A stretch of 64,000 bases of DNA, from the NCBI GenBank assembly GCA_050010735.1, contig JBEKKL010000011.1:13894-77893 (forward strand). The letters run 5' to 3'. This document shows, one piece after another, positions 46,248 through 54,285 of this stretch (positions within the stretch are counted from its first letter, which is position 1; each line of letters starts with the position of its first letter). The stretch comes from Terracidiphilus sp. GTDB lineage: Bacteria > Acidobacteriota > Terriglobia > Terriglobales > Acidobacteriaceae. Below the pieces are notes generated by a model that was given only the letters and a program-made list of their open reading frames with translations, was not told where the DNA came from and searched no databases. Position numbers and translations under genes: made by a program.

Positions 46248-47471
46248 TCAATGGGGGCTGAGCAACTCTGCCGGTTCCTCAATTGCCCCGACCAGATCGT
46301 GGAGGAAGGCGGCGGCCTTCGCACCGTCGGCCACGCGGTGGTCAACCGACAGCGTTAAGACGAGCATGGGCCGTACACCGACGCCGCCTTCGATGGGAAC
46401 GACGCGGTCTTTGATCGCACCAACAGCCAGGACTGCAGCTTGCGGCGGTGTGATGATGGCGCTGAAGGAATCGACATGGAACATGCCGAGGTTGCTGATG
46501 GTGAAGGTCCCTCCGCTCAGGTCGGCCAAACGCAGGCGGCCGCCGCGGGCGCGCTCGGTAAGGTCGCGGCGCCGGCCTGCGATCTCAGCCAGAGTCAGGT
46601 TGTGCGGGTTGGCCACAACCGGCGCGACCACGCCGTCCGGGACTGCAATGGCGATGGAAATGTTTACGTCAGGATTCAGGCGGACACCGCCATCAATCCA
46701 ACTTGCATTGAGACGAGAGTGTTTTATAAGGACGCGGGCAACGAGCACAGCCAGCAAATCCGTATGCGTGAGCTTAAGACCGTGCGATTGCTCAACCTTC
46801 GCTCCCAGGGCTGCGCGCGCCTCATTCAATGCACTGGCGTCGACCTCTCGCTCGATGAAAAAGTGCGGAACCGTCGTCCAGCCCTGTGTGGTTCGTTCGG
46901 CCATCAGGCGGCCGATGGAAGTGAGTGGCTCGAGCTGCGGAGCGGCTGGTGCGGCTGTCTTGGTCACTGAGGCCTGATTCTCTTTCGCCTCGATCAGAGC
47001 GCGGATGTCCGAGGCTAGAATCTCGCCGCTGGGGCCAGTGCCTTGCACTGACGTGAGATCGACTCCTGCTTCCTTCGCAAGCCTGCGGGCCTTGGGCGAA
47101 ATCTGCCCGCTAGCCCGCAAGGGCGGCTCCGCGGTGCTTGCGGCCGCTGGAGTGATTGCTTCTGCAGCCGGCGACCCGTCGACATCCACTGCCGTTGGAG
47201 CGACAGCTCCATTTGTTACGGGCACACGCTCTCCCGGGCTCAGGAGCCAGGCAACCACCTGGCCAACGGGGACGTCTTCGCCGGCCTTCGCGGTGACGCC
47301 GGCAAGGGTACCATCGGCTTCCGCCTCCACTTCCATGGTGGCCTTGTCGGTCTCGATCTCCAGCAGCAACTCGCCCTTTCGAACGCTGTCGCCTTCATTT
47401 TTCAGCCAGGCGACCAGCTTCGCGGTCTCCTGGGCCACCTCAAGCGCCGGCATGATCACACTGATTGCCAT
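46248..47471 (-). CDS. dihydrolipoamide acyltransferase (E2) with a single lipoyl domain
   Basis: Lipoyl block LLLEIETDKATMEVEA, E3/E1-binding segment ISPKARRLAKEAGVDL, catalytic SVDHRVADGA. Confidence 0.9.
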   Translation of the reverse strand: MAISVIMPALEVAQETAKLVAWLKNEGDSVRKGELLLEIETDKATMEVEAEADGTLAGVTAKAGEDVPVGQVVAWLLSPGERVPVTNGAVAPTAVDVDGSPAAEAITPAAASTAEPPLRASGQISPKARRLAKEAGVDLTSVQGTGPSGEILASDIRALIEAKENQASVTKTAAPAAPQLEPLTSIGRLMAERTTQGWTTVPHFFIEREVDASALNEARAALGAKVEQSHGLKLTHTDLLAVLVARVLIKHSRLNASWIDGGVRLNPDVNISIAIAVPDGVVAPVVANPHNLTLAEIAGRRRDLTERARGGRLRLADLSGGTFTISNLGMFHVDSFSAIITPPQAAVLAVGAIKDRVVPIEGGVGVRPMLVLTLSVDHRVADGAKAAAFLHDLVGAIEEPAELLSPH

Positions 47472-47506
47472 AGATTCTCGAGCAGCGAAGAGCTGCTCCT
47501 TCGCGC

Positions 47507-48847
47507 TTAACTCCCCACCCTTTCCGTCTGCGCACTGGCTGCCAGCAAGCTGATGACATCCTGGCTGGGAGCGGTTTCTGTCTCACGGGTTGCCGGCAAC
47601 GGCCCACCCACTGTGTAATATTGCCCGCCGGCGACCAACAGCTTCTCTGCCGGGAAGCGCGTGATAACTTCATGACCGGACGGGGTGACGACGATCTCTT
47701 CCTCGATGCGAGACGCGCTCCAGCCGTCGGTGGAGGGCCAGAAAGTTTCGAGCGCAAAGACCATGCCGGGCTTGATCTCCTGTGGATGATCGAGTGAGAC
47801 AAGACGGCTGATGACTGGCTTCTCCCAGATGGCGAGGCCGATCCCATGACCGTATTGAAGCGCAAAGGCCGCTTCTTCATTGGGGAATCCGAAGTCAGTC
47901 GCCTTTGGCCATACCGAGGCAATCTCAGCCGTGGTGCGGCCTGGACGAATGAGTTCGATGGATGCGTCAAGATAATCGCGGCAGCGCTTGTAGGCATCGG
48001 TCATGGCCTGCGAGGCGGAACCGATGGTGAAGGTGCGGTAATAACAGGTCCGATATCCCATGTAGGAGTGGAGGATGTCGTAGTAGACCGGATCGCCGGG
48101 GCGCAACATGCGATCGGAGAAGACGTGCGGGTGAGGATTGCAACGTTCGCCAGAGATGGCGTTCACAGCCTCAACATACTCCGAGCCGAGGTCATAGAGC
48201 ACCTTGCTCACCAGGCCCACGGCTTCGTTTTCACGCATGCCGGGCTTCATCGCCCGATAGAGCTCGTCATAGGCAGCGTCGACCATTGCGGCGGAGGTGT
48301 TGAGCAGCGATATCTCGTCGCGCGTCTTCATCACCCGCGCCTCTGACATTAGCTGCTGGCCGTCTACTACGGTGATGCCTTCGCGCTGAAGCGCGAACAG
48401 CACCGGCAACTCGATAATGTCGATGCCGACCGGCTCGTTTTGCAGGCCGCGCATCTCAAGTTCGACGCGGATCTTTTTTGCTACGTCTTCAGCGCGGCCG
48501 TGTTCGGGAGACATGGTGCCGCGAAGCATTGAAATGCCAGGCCGCGAGCGCTCCCCGAGCCACGGGCAATGCAGTTGGTGGTGACGCGCCGCGGAGCCGA
48601 AGTCCCAGAGGACGGGCTCGTCGTTTTGCGGCAGCAGCGTGAAGCGGTTGGCTTTGTCCTGAGCCCAGGTGCCGATGTGGGTGGCCGTCAGGTAGCGCAC
48701 ATTGTTCATGTCGAAACAGAGCAGCGCGCCCATCTCCGACGCCGCCAATAGGTCTTTGGCGCGCTGCAGTCTCTCTCGACGCAGACGATCGAAATCGATG
48801 CGTTGCTCCCAATCGACCGCCATGGTTCCCGTGGTTGGAAGTGCCAT
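47507..48847 (-). CDS. M24-family (creatinase/prolidase fold) hydrolase with a non-canonical metal site
   Basis: Start MALPTTG at 48847 after AGGAGAG. GDPVYYDILHSYMGYRTCYYRTF aligns residue-for-residue with the PepP-type GDLVLIDAGCEYKGYAGDITRTF. GHGIGL, ALETF and RIEEEIVVT follow. Confidence 0.8.
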   Translation of the reverse strand: MALPTTGTMAVDWEQRIDFDRLRRERLQRAKDLLAASEMGALLCFDMNNVRYLTATHIGTWAQDKANRFTLLPQNDEPVLWDFGSAARHHQLHCPWLGERSRPGISMLRGTMSPEHGRAEDVAKKIRVELEMRGLQNEPVGIDIIELPVLFALQREGITVVDGQQLMSEARVMKTRDEISLLNTSAAMVDAAYDELYRAMKPGMRENEAVGLVSKVLYDLGSEYVEAVNAISGERCNPHPHVFSDRMLRPGDPVYYDILHSYMGYRTCYYRTFTIGSASQAMTDAYKRCRDYLDASIELIRPGRTTAEIASVWPKATDFGFPNEEAAFALQYGHGIGLAIWEKPVISRLVSLDHPQEIKPGMVFALETFWPSTDGWSASRIEEEIVVTPSGHEVITRFPAEKLLVAGGQYYTVGGPLPATRETETAPSQDVISLLAASAQTERVGS

Positions 48848-48872
48848 TGCGACTCTCCTGAGTTGTTCTGCG

Positions 48873-49868
48873 TTACTTTCCGCAGAGCTTGCGAGCCGCA
48901 TCGAAGACCGTCTGTGGCGTAGCCACGGTCAAGTCCTCGAGCGACGGGGAAAAAGGAATGGGCACATGCATGGCGCCCATGCGAAGCACCGGCATGTCCA
49001 AGCTGAAGAAGGCTCCCTCAGCGATGACCGATGCCAGCTCGGCCGTGACTCCGTAACGGCCGTAGCCTTCGTCGAGCACAATGGCGCGCGAAGTCTTTTT
49101 TGCGGACTCGATGAGCGTGTTTTCATCGAGCGGCCACAGCGTGCGGGGATCGATCACCTCGGCACTGATGCCTATCTCGTCCAGCAGATCCGCCGCGGCT
49201 AGCGCCACCTGCACCATGCTACTGGTTCCGACGAGCGTGATGTCCTCGCCCAGCCGCTTGACGTGCGCAACGCCGAGTGGGATGGTGTACTCCCCGGCCG
49301 GCACTGGGCCTTTCAGCTTGTGGTGCATCATTTTGTCTTCAAAAAAGACGACTGGATTGTCGTCGCGAATTGCAGTCTTGAGCAGGCCTTTTGCGTCGTG
49401 GGGAGTGGATGGAATGACGACCTTGAGGCCTGGTACGTGACTGAACCATGCCTGGAGGGATTGCGAGTGCTGTGCGGCGGAGCGGCGCGTGGCCCCGAGC
49501 GTCGTGCGCAAAACCATCGGTACCCGCCACCTGCCTCCGGACATGTAATGAACCTTTGCCGCCTGGTTCACCATCTGGTCCATGGTCAGTGTGAGAAAGT
49601 CGCCAAACATGATGTCAACGACCGGGCGCAGCCCTGTCATGGCTGCGCCAACAGCGATGCCGGTGAAGCCCGCCTCAGAGATGGGAGTATCGAGCACCCG
49701 CTCGGTCCCAAACTCCTCGACTAATCCAGAAAGGACCTTGAAAGGAGTTCCCGCTTCGGCCACGTCTTCACCGAGAATGCAGACGCTCGCATCTCGCCGC
49801 ATCTCTTCGGCGAGAGCCTCGCGAACCGCTTGCGCGAAACTGATTTCTCGCTCTGAAGCGTCAGGCAT
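48873..49868 (-). CDS. 2-oxoacid/acetoin dehydrogenase E1 beta subunit
   Basis: Transketolase-like pyrimidine-binding and C-terminal domains (RVLDTPISEAGFTGIAVGAA...). Confidence 0.9.
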   Translation of the reverse strand: MPDASEREISFAQAVREALAEEMRRDASVCILGEDVAEAGTPFKVLSGLVEEFGTERVLDTPISEAGFTGIAVGAAMTGLRPVVDIMFGDFLTLTMDQMVNQAAKVHYMSGGRWRVPMVLRTTLGATRRSAAQHSQSLQAWFSHVPGLKVVIPSTPHDAKGLLKTAIRDDNPVVFFEDKMMHHKLKGPVPAGEYTIPLGVAHVKRLGEDITLVGTSSMVQVALAAADLLDEIGISAEVIDPRTLWPLDENTLIESAKKTSRAIVLDEGYGRYGVTAELASVIAEGAFFSLDMPVLRMGAMHVPIPFSPSLEDLTVATPQTVFDAARKLCGK

Positions 49869-50859
49869 AGACGTGCATCTCCACTTCTTCGGGTCCTGGA
49901 TAGGGCGCGGCGACAGCGAATTCCACGGCAGCTCTCATTTCCATGCGAACTTCATCTTCGATCGCGCCGAGAGCGGCTTCATCGGCCAACCTTTCATTGA
50001 GCAGGTGACTCGCTAACATTTTGATGGGGTCTCGCGTGGTCTTCCATTCCTGCTCTTCCTGCCTGGACCTGTAGTACTCGCGATTGATGTCGCCAACGTG
50101 GTGGCCGGTGTAACGATAGGTATTGCAGAGCAGAAAGGCCGGGCCATCACCGGCGCGGGCGTGGTCGACCAGCCACCTGGCCACTGAAAAGACGGAGTGC
50201 ACATCTTGCCCGTCTACAGTCTCCGCGTGTATGCCGAAGGCGGCTGCCCGGGCGCAGATGTCGCCTGCCGTGATCTCGCTGAAGTGCGTGTATTCGCTGT
50301 AGAGGTTGTTTTCGCAGATGTAGACGACCGGTAGCTTCCAGAGTTGCGCCAGGTTGAGCTCTTCATATAAGACACCCTGACCAAGAGCGCCTTCACCGAA
50401 AAAGCAGGCGGTAACGCGGCCATTCTTGAGCTGCTTTGAGCTGAAGGCCGCGCCCGTAGCGATTCCGATGCTGCCTCCGACGATCGCGTTTGCACCAAGA
50501 TTGCCTGTGGCCGGATCGGCGATATGCATCGATCCGCCCTTGCCCCGGCAATAGCCGGCCGCTTTGCCCAGCAATTCGGCGAACATCAGCTTCGGTGAAG
50601 CGCCTTTGGCCAGGCAATGCCCATGACCACGATGCGTGCTGGTAATGTAGTCGTCACCGTGGAGCGCTTCGCAGATACCCACCGCGACCGCCTCCTGCCC
50701 AATGTAGAGGTGGGCAAGGCCGGGCATGATCGCGCTTTTATAGAGTTCGTTAACCTGCTCTTCGAAGAGCCTGATCCGCACCATCTGCCGATAGACATGC
50801 TTCCAGCGATCCCTAGAGAGCTTGGGAAAGCCGGCGGCCTGGACGGCTGCGGTATTCAT
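49861..50859 (-). CDS. 2-oxoacid/acetoin dehydrogenase E1 alpha subunit (TPP-binding)
   Basis: THRGHGHCLAKG and GEGALGQGVLYEELNLA...ENNLY (TPP motif), AcoA/PdhA-like. Confidence 0.9.
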   Translation of the reverse strand: MNTAAVQAAGFPKLSRDRWKHVYRQMVRIRLFEEQVNELYKSAIMPGLAHLYIGQEAVAVGICEALHGDDYITSTHRGHGHCLAKGASPKLMFAELLGKAAGYCRGKGGSMHIADPATGNLGANAIVGGSIGIATGAAFSSKQLKNGRVTACFFGEGALGQGVLYEELNLAQLWKLPVVYICENNLYSEYTHFSEITAGDICARAAAFGIHAETVDGQDVHSVFSVARWLVDHARAGDGPAFLLCNTYRYTGHHVGDINREYYRSRQEEQEWKTTRDPIKMLASHLLNERLADEAALGAIEDEVRMEMRAAVEFAVAAPYPGPEEVEMHVYA

Positions 50860-51749
50860 TTTCCAACTCCTGTTTCAATGCCAGACATTCTCGCCAACAC
50901 GTCGAAGATGACGGCGTAGTCCAGCTTCGTCCAGTTCATGCCCTTCGCCGCGGTCAGGAATTCGTTTGTCACGGCGGTGGTGGGCAGTGGGACATCGAGC
51001 TTCCGGCCCATCTCCATCGCCAGCAACATGTCCTTCTGCATCATGTTCACGTTGAACCAGGCTTCCTCCGGTTGCCGCAGCACAAATGGACCTCGGTATT
51101 TAAGCACGGGAGAAGCTATGGCGCTGTTGACGAGCACATCCACTGCTACTTCGCGCCGGATGCCGCTCTTCTCGGCCAGCAGTACGCCCTCTGAAAAAGC
51201 GAGCATCTGCACAGCGAGACTGAGGTTAATGGCGATCTTCATTGAGAGCGCGAGACCGTTGTCGCCCACATGCGTTACTTTGGGTCCAATATCTTCGAGC
51301 ACCGGCAAGACACGCGCAAAGGTCTCTTTTCGTCCTCCGACCATTACAGATAGCTGTCCTTGTTGGAGGGTGATCACGCTGCCTGAGACAGGAGCGTCCA
51401 CCATGTCGGCCCCCGCAGCTCGTACCTTTTCGGCCATCTCTCGGCTCAGATCCGGGCTGATCGTGCTGATGTCGACGAAGACCTTGCCGGCGCTCAGGCC
51501 AGCCAGCAATCCACTGGGGCCTTCGGCAATCTCTTTGAGAGCTGCGCCGTGTGTCACCATGGCAAAGACAATGTCAACCGACTCTGCGACCTCGCGTGGA
51601 GATTTGGCGAGTTTCATCTCTTGCTTGACCAGCCACTCCGCCTTGGCTGCCGTGCGGTTATAGCCGGTCACTGAGTGTCCCTTGCTCAGCAACCTGCTCA
51701 CCATCTGGCCTCCCATCACGCCGAGGCCTACAAAACCGAGATTCGCCAT
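50856..51749 (-). CDS. NAD(P)-dependent 3-hydroxyisobutyrate dehydrogenase-family oxidoreductase
   Basis: Start MANLGFVGLGVMGGQM (Rossmann GxGxxG) at 51749 after GGAG. Family-typical length. Confidence 0.85.
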   Translation of the reverse strand: MANLGFVGLGVMGGQMVSRLLSKGHSVTGYNRTAAKAEWLVKQEMKLAKSPREVAESVDIVFAMVTHGAALKEIAEGPSGLLAGLSAGKVFVDISTISPDLSREMAEKVRAAGADMVDAPVSGSVITLQQGQLSVMVGGRKETFARVLPVLEDIGPKVTHVGDNGLALSMKIAINLSLAVQMLAFSEGVLLAEKSGIRREVAVDVLVNSAIASPVLKYRGPFVLRQPEEAWFNVNMMQKDMLLAMEMGRKLDVPLPTTAVTNEFLTAAKGMNWTKLDYAVIFDVLARMSGIETGVGK

Positions 51750-51767
51750 GCGCTCCGCCTTTCGCAT

Positions 51768-52493
51768 TTACTGGTTGAGATGAGCCGCACGACGCTTGAC
51801 GGCGGCCACGGAATCCTCGCGGATTTGTTTGAGGTGAGCCCTCATTGCTTCGCGCGCCTTCGCAGGATGGCGCTTTTCGATGGCTTCCAGAATCCGCTTA
51901 TGATGAATCTGTCCCCGTTCCGGCCCTCCCTTGACTCCGAAGATGCCAAGACGCTGCTCACGAAGGACGCCGACCATCGAGTCGAGCAAAGAGAGCACCA
52001 GTGGATTTCCAGCTGCCTCTGCCAGGGCAAGATGGAAGTCCAGATCCGCCTCGATATAAGCGTCTGGGTTCTGCATACTGCGATCCATTTCGGCCACTGC
52101 TTCTCGCATCATCGCCAACTGCTGCTCCTCAGTTCGTAGAGCAGCAAGAATGGTCACTTCAGGCTCGAAGATCTCGCGCAATTCGATCAGAGAGTTGGGA
52201 TCCTTTAAATCGCCTCGCTTGAAAAAGGAGTCAAGCGATTGCCGCATCGATTGCGAAGATTCGGATGTGACGAAGGTTCCTTTTCCAGAGTGCGACTCTA
52301 CGAGTCCTTTTTCCGCGAGGGTCTTGACGGCTTCTCGGACAGCGGTGCGGCTCACACCAAACTGCTGCGCCAGCTCACGCTCGGTCGGCAACTGGTCAGC
52401 GGGCTTTAGTTTACCTGCCAGGATCGACTCCTCGATCTGCTTCACGATCTGCTCATAGAGGCGCGAAGGTCGCACTGCCTTGTACATTTGCAT
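51768..52493 (-). CDS. GntR-family (FadR/FCD subfamily) transcriptional regulator
   Basis: Start MQMYKAVRPSRLYEQIV. wHTH block LPTERELAQQFGVSRTAVREAV, helical FCD-like C-terminus. Confidence 0.85.
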   Translation of the reverse strand: MQMYKAVRPSRLYEQIVKQIEESILAGKLKPADQLPTERELAQQFGVSRTAVREAVKTLAEKGLVESHSGKGTFVTSESSQSMRQSLDSFFKRGDLKDPNSLIELREIFEPEVTILAALRTEEQQLAMMREAVAEMDRSMQNPDAYIEADLDFHLALAEAAGNPLVLSLLDSMVGVLREQRLGIFGVKGGPERGQIHHKRILEAIEKRHPAKAREAMRAHLKQIREDSVAAVKRRAAHLNQ

Positions 52494-52707
52494 CTGTATC
52501 CCCTGTGATAGGCCAACCCCGAGAATTGTCATCGTCGAAACATCGCACGGCATGCCATGGGTGGAACCGGTCATAGGACACGGATCTTCTGCTTAATTGG
52601 CATCGTGTCACGCCAAATACTCCGGCTGACTTGTATTGGAACTTGCGTCATCCCACGAATGCCCCATTTCGCCCCACAAGCATGCGAACCTTTGCTTCCG
52701 TGGTTCG

Positions 52708-54081
52708 CTAGTCCTCTACCCATACCGTTTTCACGTTCGTGAACTCCCGTATCCCAAACGCACCAAGTTCGCGGCCAAAGCCCGACTGCTTGACTCCGCC
52801 GAATGGAACTCTGGGATCCGATGCGACCATCTTGTTGATAAAAACCATTCCAGCTTCCAGCTCTTCGATGAAGCGATCACGCTCCGCCGGGTCTCGCGTC
52901 CAGACGCTCGCGCCCAGTCCAAATCGCGTGTCATTGGCAATTTGTATGGCCTCACTAGCATTCTTCGCGCGAAACAGAGAAGCCACCGGGCCAAAGAACT
53001 CTTCGTTGTAAGCGGGCGAGCCTCGAGGAATGTCGGTCAGCACTGTCGGCGGATAAAAGCAGCCGGGCCCCGGAAGCGGCTTGCCCCCGAGAAGAACTCT
53101 CGCGCCGGCGTCAACCGTCATCTGCACATCTTCCTGAAGGCTGCTCACTGCTTCTGCTGAAGCCAGCGGGCCGACTTCAGTTTTCGGATCGAGGGGATCG
53201 CCGACCCGCAGCGCGTTCATGCGGCGCACCAGCTCCTGTTCGAAGTCGTCGGCGATGGACTCGTCCACGATAAAGCGCTTCGCAGCGATGCACGACTGGC
53301 CATTATTGGCCACCCGCGCCTTGACGGCCGTCGCCACCGCCTCCTCTAGATTGGCGGTTGGCATCACGATGAATGGGTCGCTTCCCCCCAATTCAAGGAC
53401 CACCTTCTTGATCCGTTTCGCCGCAGAGACACCGACGTCAATGCCCGCGCCTTCGCTGCCGGTCAAGGTCGCGGCAACGATGCGCGGGTCGCTCAGAATC
53501 CTATCCACCTTTTCCGCGCCAATCAGCAAAGTCTGAAAGACACCGGCCGGGAATCCCGCACGCAGAAATATGTCTTCAATCGCGAGAGCGCTCTGGGGAA
53601 CCTTCGAAGCGTGCTTAAGAAGGGCCACATTCCCGGCCATCAGCGCCGGCGCGGCAAAGCGAATCACCTGCCACAAGGGATAGTTCCACGGCATGATCGC
53701 GAGAACCGGCCCAAGAGGCTGGTAGCGGATGTAGCTGTGACTTGCGGTGGTCTCGACCGGTTCGTCTGCCAGAAAACGCTCCGCATGTTCGGCATAGTAC
53801 CGGCAGGCCCAGGCAGACTTCACGACCTCGTCGATCGCAGACTGCACAGGCTTGCCCATTTCCAACGTCATCATCCGTCCAAGGGGCACCTTGTCGCGCT
53901 CGAGGATCTCGGCGGCGCGCAGCATCCGTTCTGCCCTGTAGGCAAAGGTTGTTCTCCGGTAGGCCGCATATACATCGGCCGCCCGCTCGAGCTTCGCAGT
54001 CAACTGGTCGTCCGTAAGCGGCGCAAAGGTCTTCAATACCTCCCCAGTCGCCGGATTGACGCTTGCAATGCCCATCGACAT
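52708..54081 (-). CDS. NAD(P)-dependent succinate-semialdehyde dehydrogenase-like aldehyde dehydrogenase
   Basis: ELGGSDP and NNGQSCIAAKR (catalytic Glu/Cys blocks). N-terminal SVNPATGE is typical of the Sad/GabD-like group. Confidence 0.85.
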   Translation of the reverse strand: MSMGIASVNPATGEVLKTFAPLTDDQLTAKLERAADVYAAYRRTTFAYRAERMLRAAEILERDKVPLGRMMTLEMGKPVQSAIDEVVKSAWACRYYAEHAERFLADEPVETTASHSYIRYQPLGPVLAIMPWNYPLWQVIRFAAPALMAGNVALLKHASKVPQSALAIEDIFLRAGFPAGVFQTLLIGAEKVDRILSDPRIVAATLTGSEGAGIDVGVSAAKRIKKVVLELGGSDPFIVMPTANLEEAVATAVKARVANNGQSCIAAKRFIVDESIADDFEQELVRRMNALRVGDPLDPKTEVGPLASAEAVSSLQEDVQMTVDAGARVLLGGKPLPGPGCFYPPTVLTDIPRGSPAYNEEFFGPVASLFRAKNASEAIQIANDTRFGLGASVWTRDPAERDRFIEELEAGMVFINKMVASDPRVPFGGVKQSGFGRELGAFGIREFTNVKTVWVED

Positions 54082-54188
54082 GTCCCCTTGGCTCCGCGAG
54101 GGCTCTCGTCCCTCGACCCAGGGGGGCGAAAGCTGTGGTATGACATATATACCGCAAAAAACGGATGAATTGTCAAATGAAAGTTAAT

Positions 54189-54263
54189 AGCAGTGTTTGC
54201 GCAAATCGCTTGACTGTCATTTCCGCACCGTGGTAAAGCTGTCAGACCAGGAAGCAGTGTTTG
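54189..54263 (+). promoter_or_regulatory. candidate promoter flanked by an 11-nt direct repeat upstream of the TonB-dependent receptor
   Basis: agcagtgtttg occurs at 54189-54199 and 54253-54263. TTGACT (54210-54215), 18 nt, TAAAGC (54234-54239) lie between the copies. Confidence 0.3.
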
Positions 54264-54285
54264 AAGATGGAGGTCCAGACGTGCC

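Noticed and set aside
45930-46358. 142-aa plus-strand ORF in the gap upstream of the 1059-aa gene.
   Set aside because: The translation is Arg/Ser/Leu-rich, it overlaps the 3' end of the E2 gene on the opposite strand, and it has no RBS or motif.
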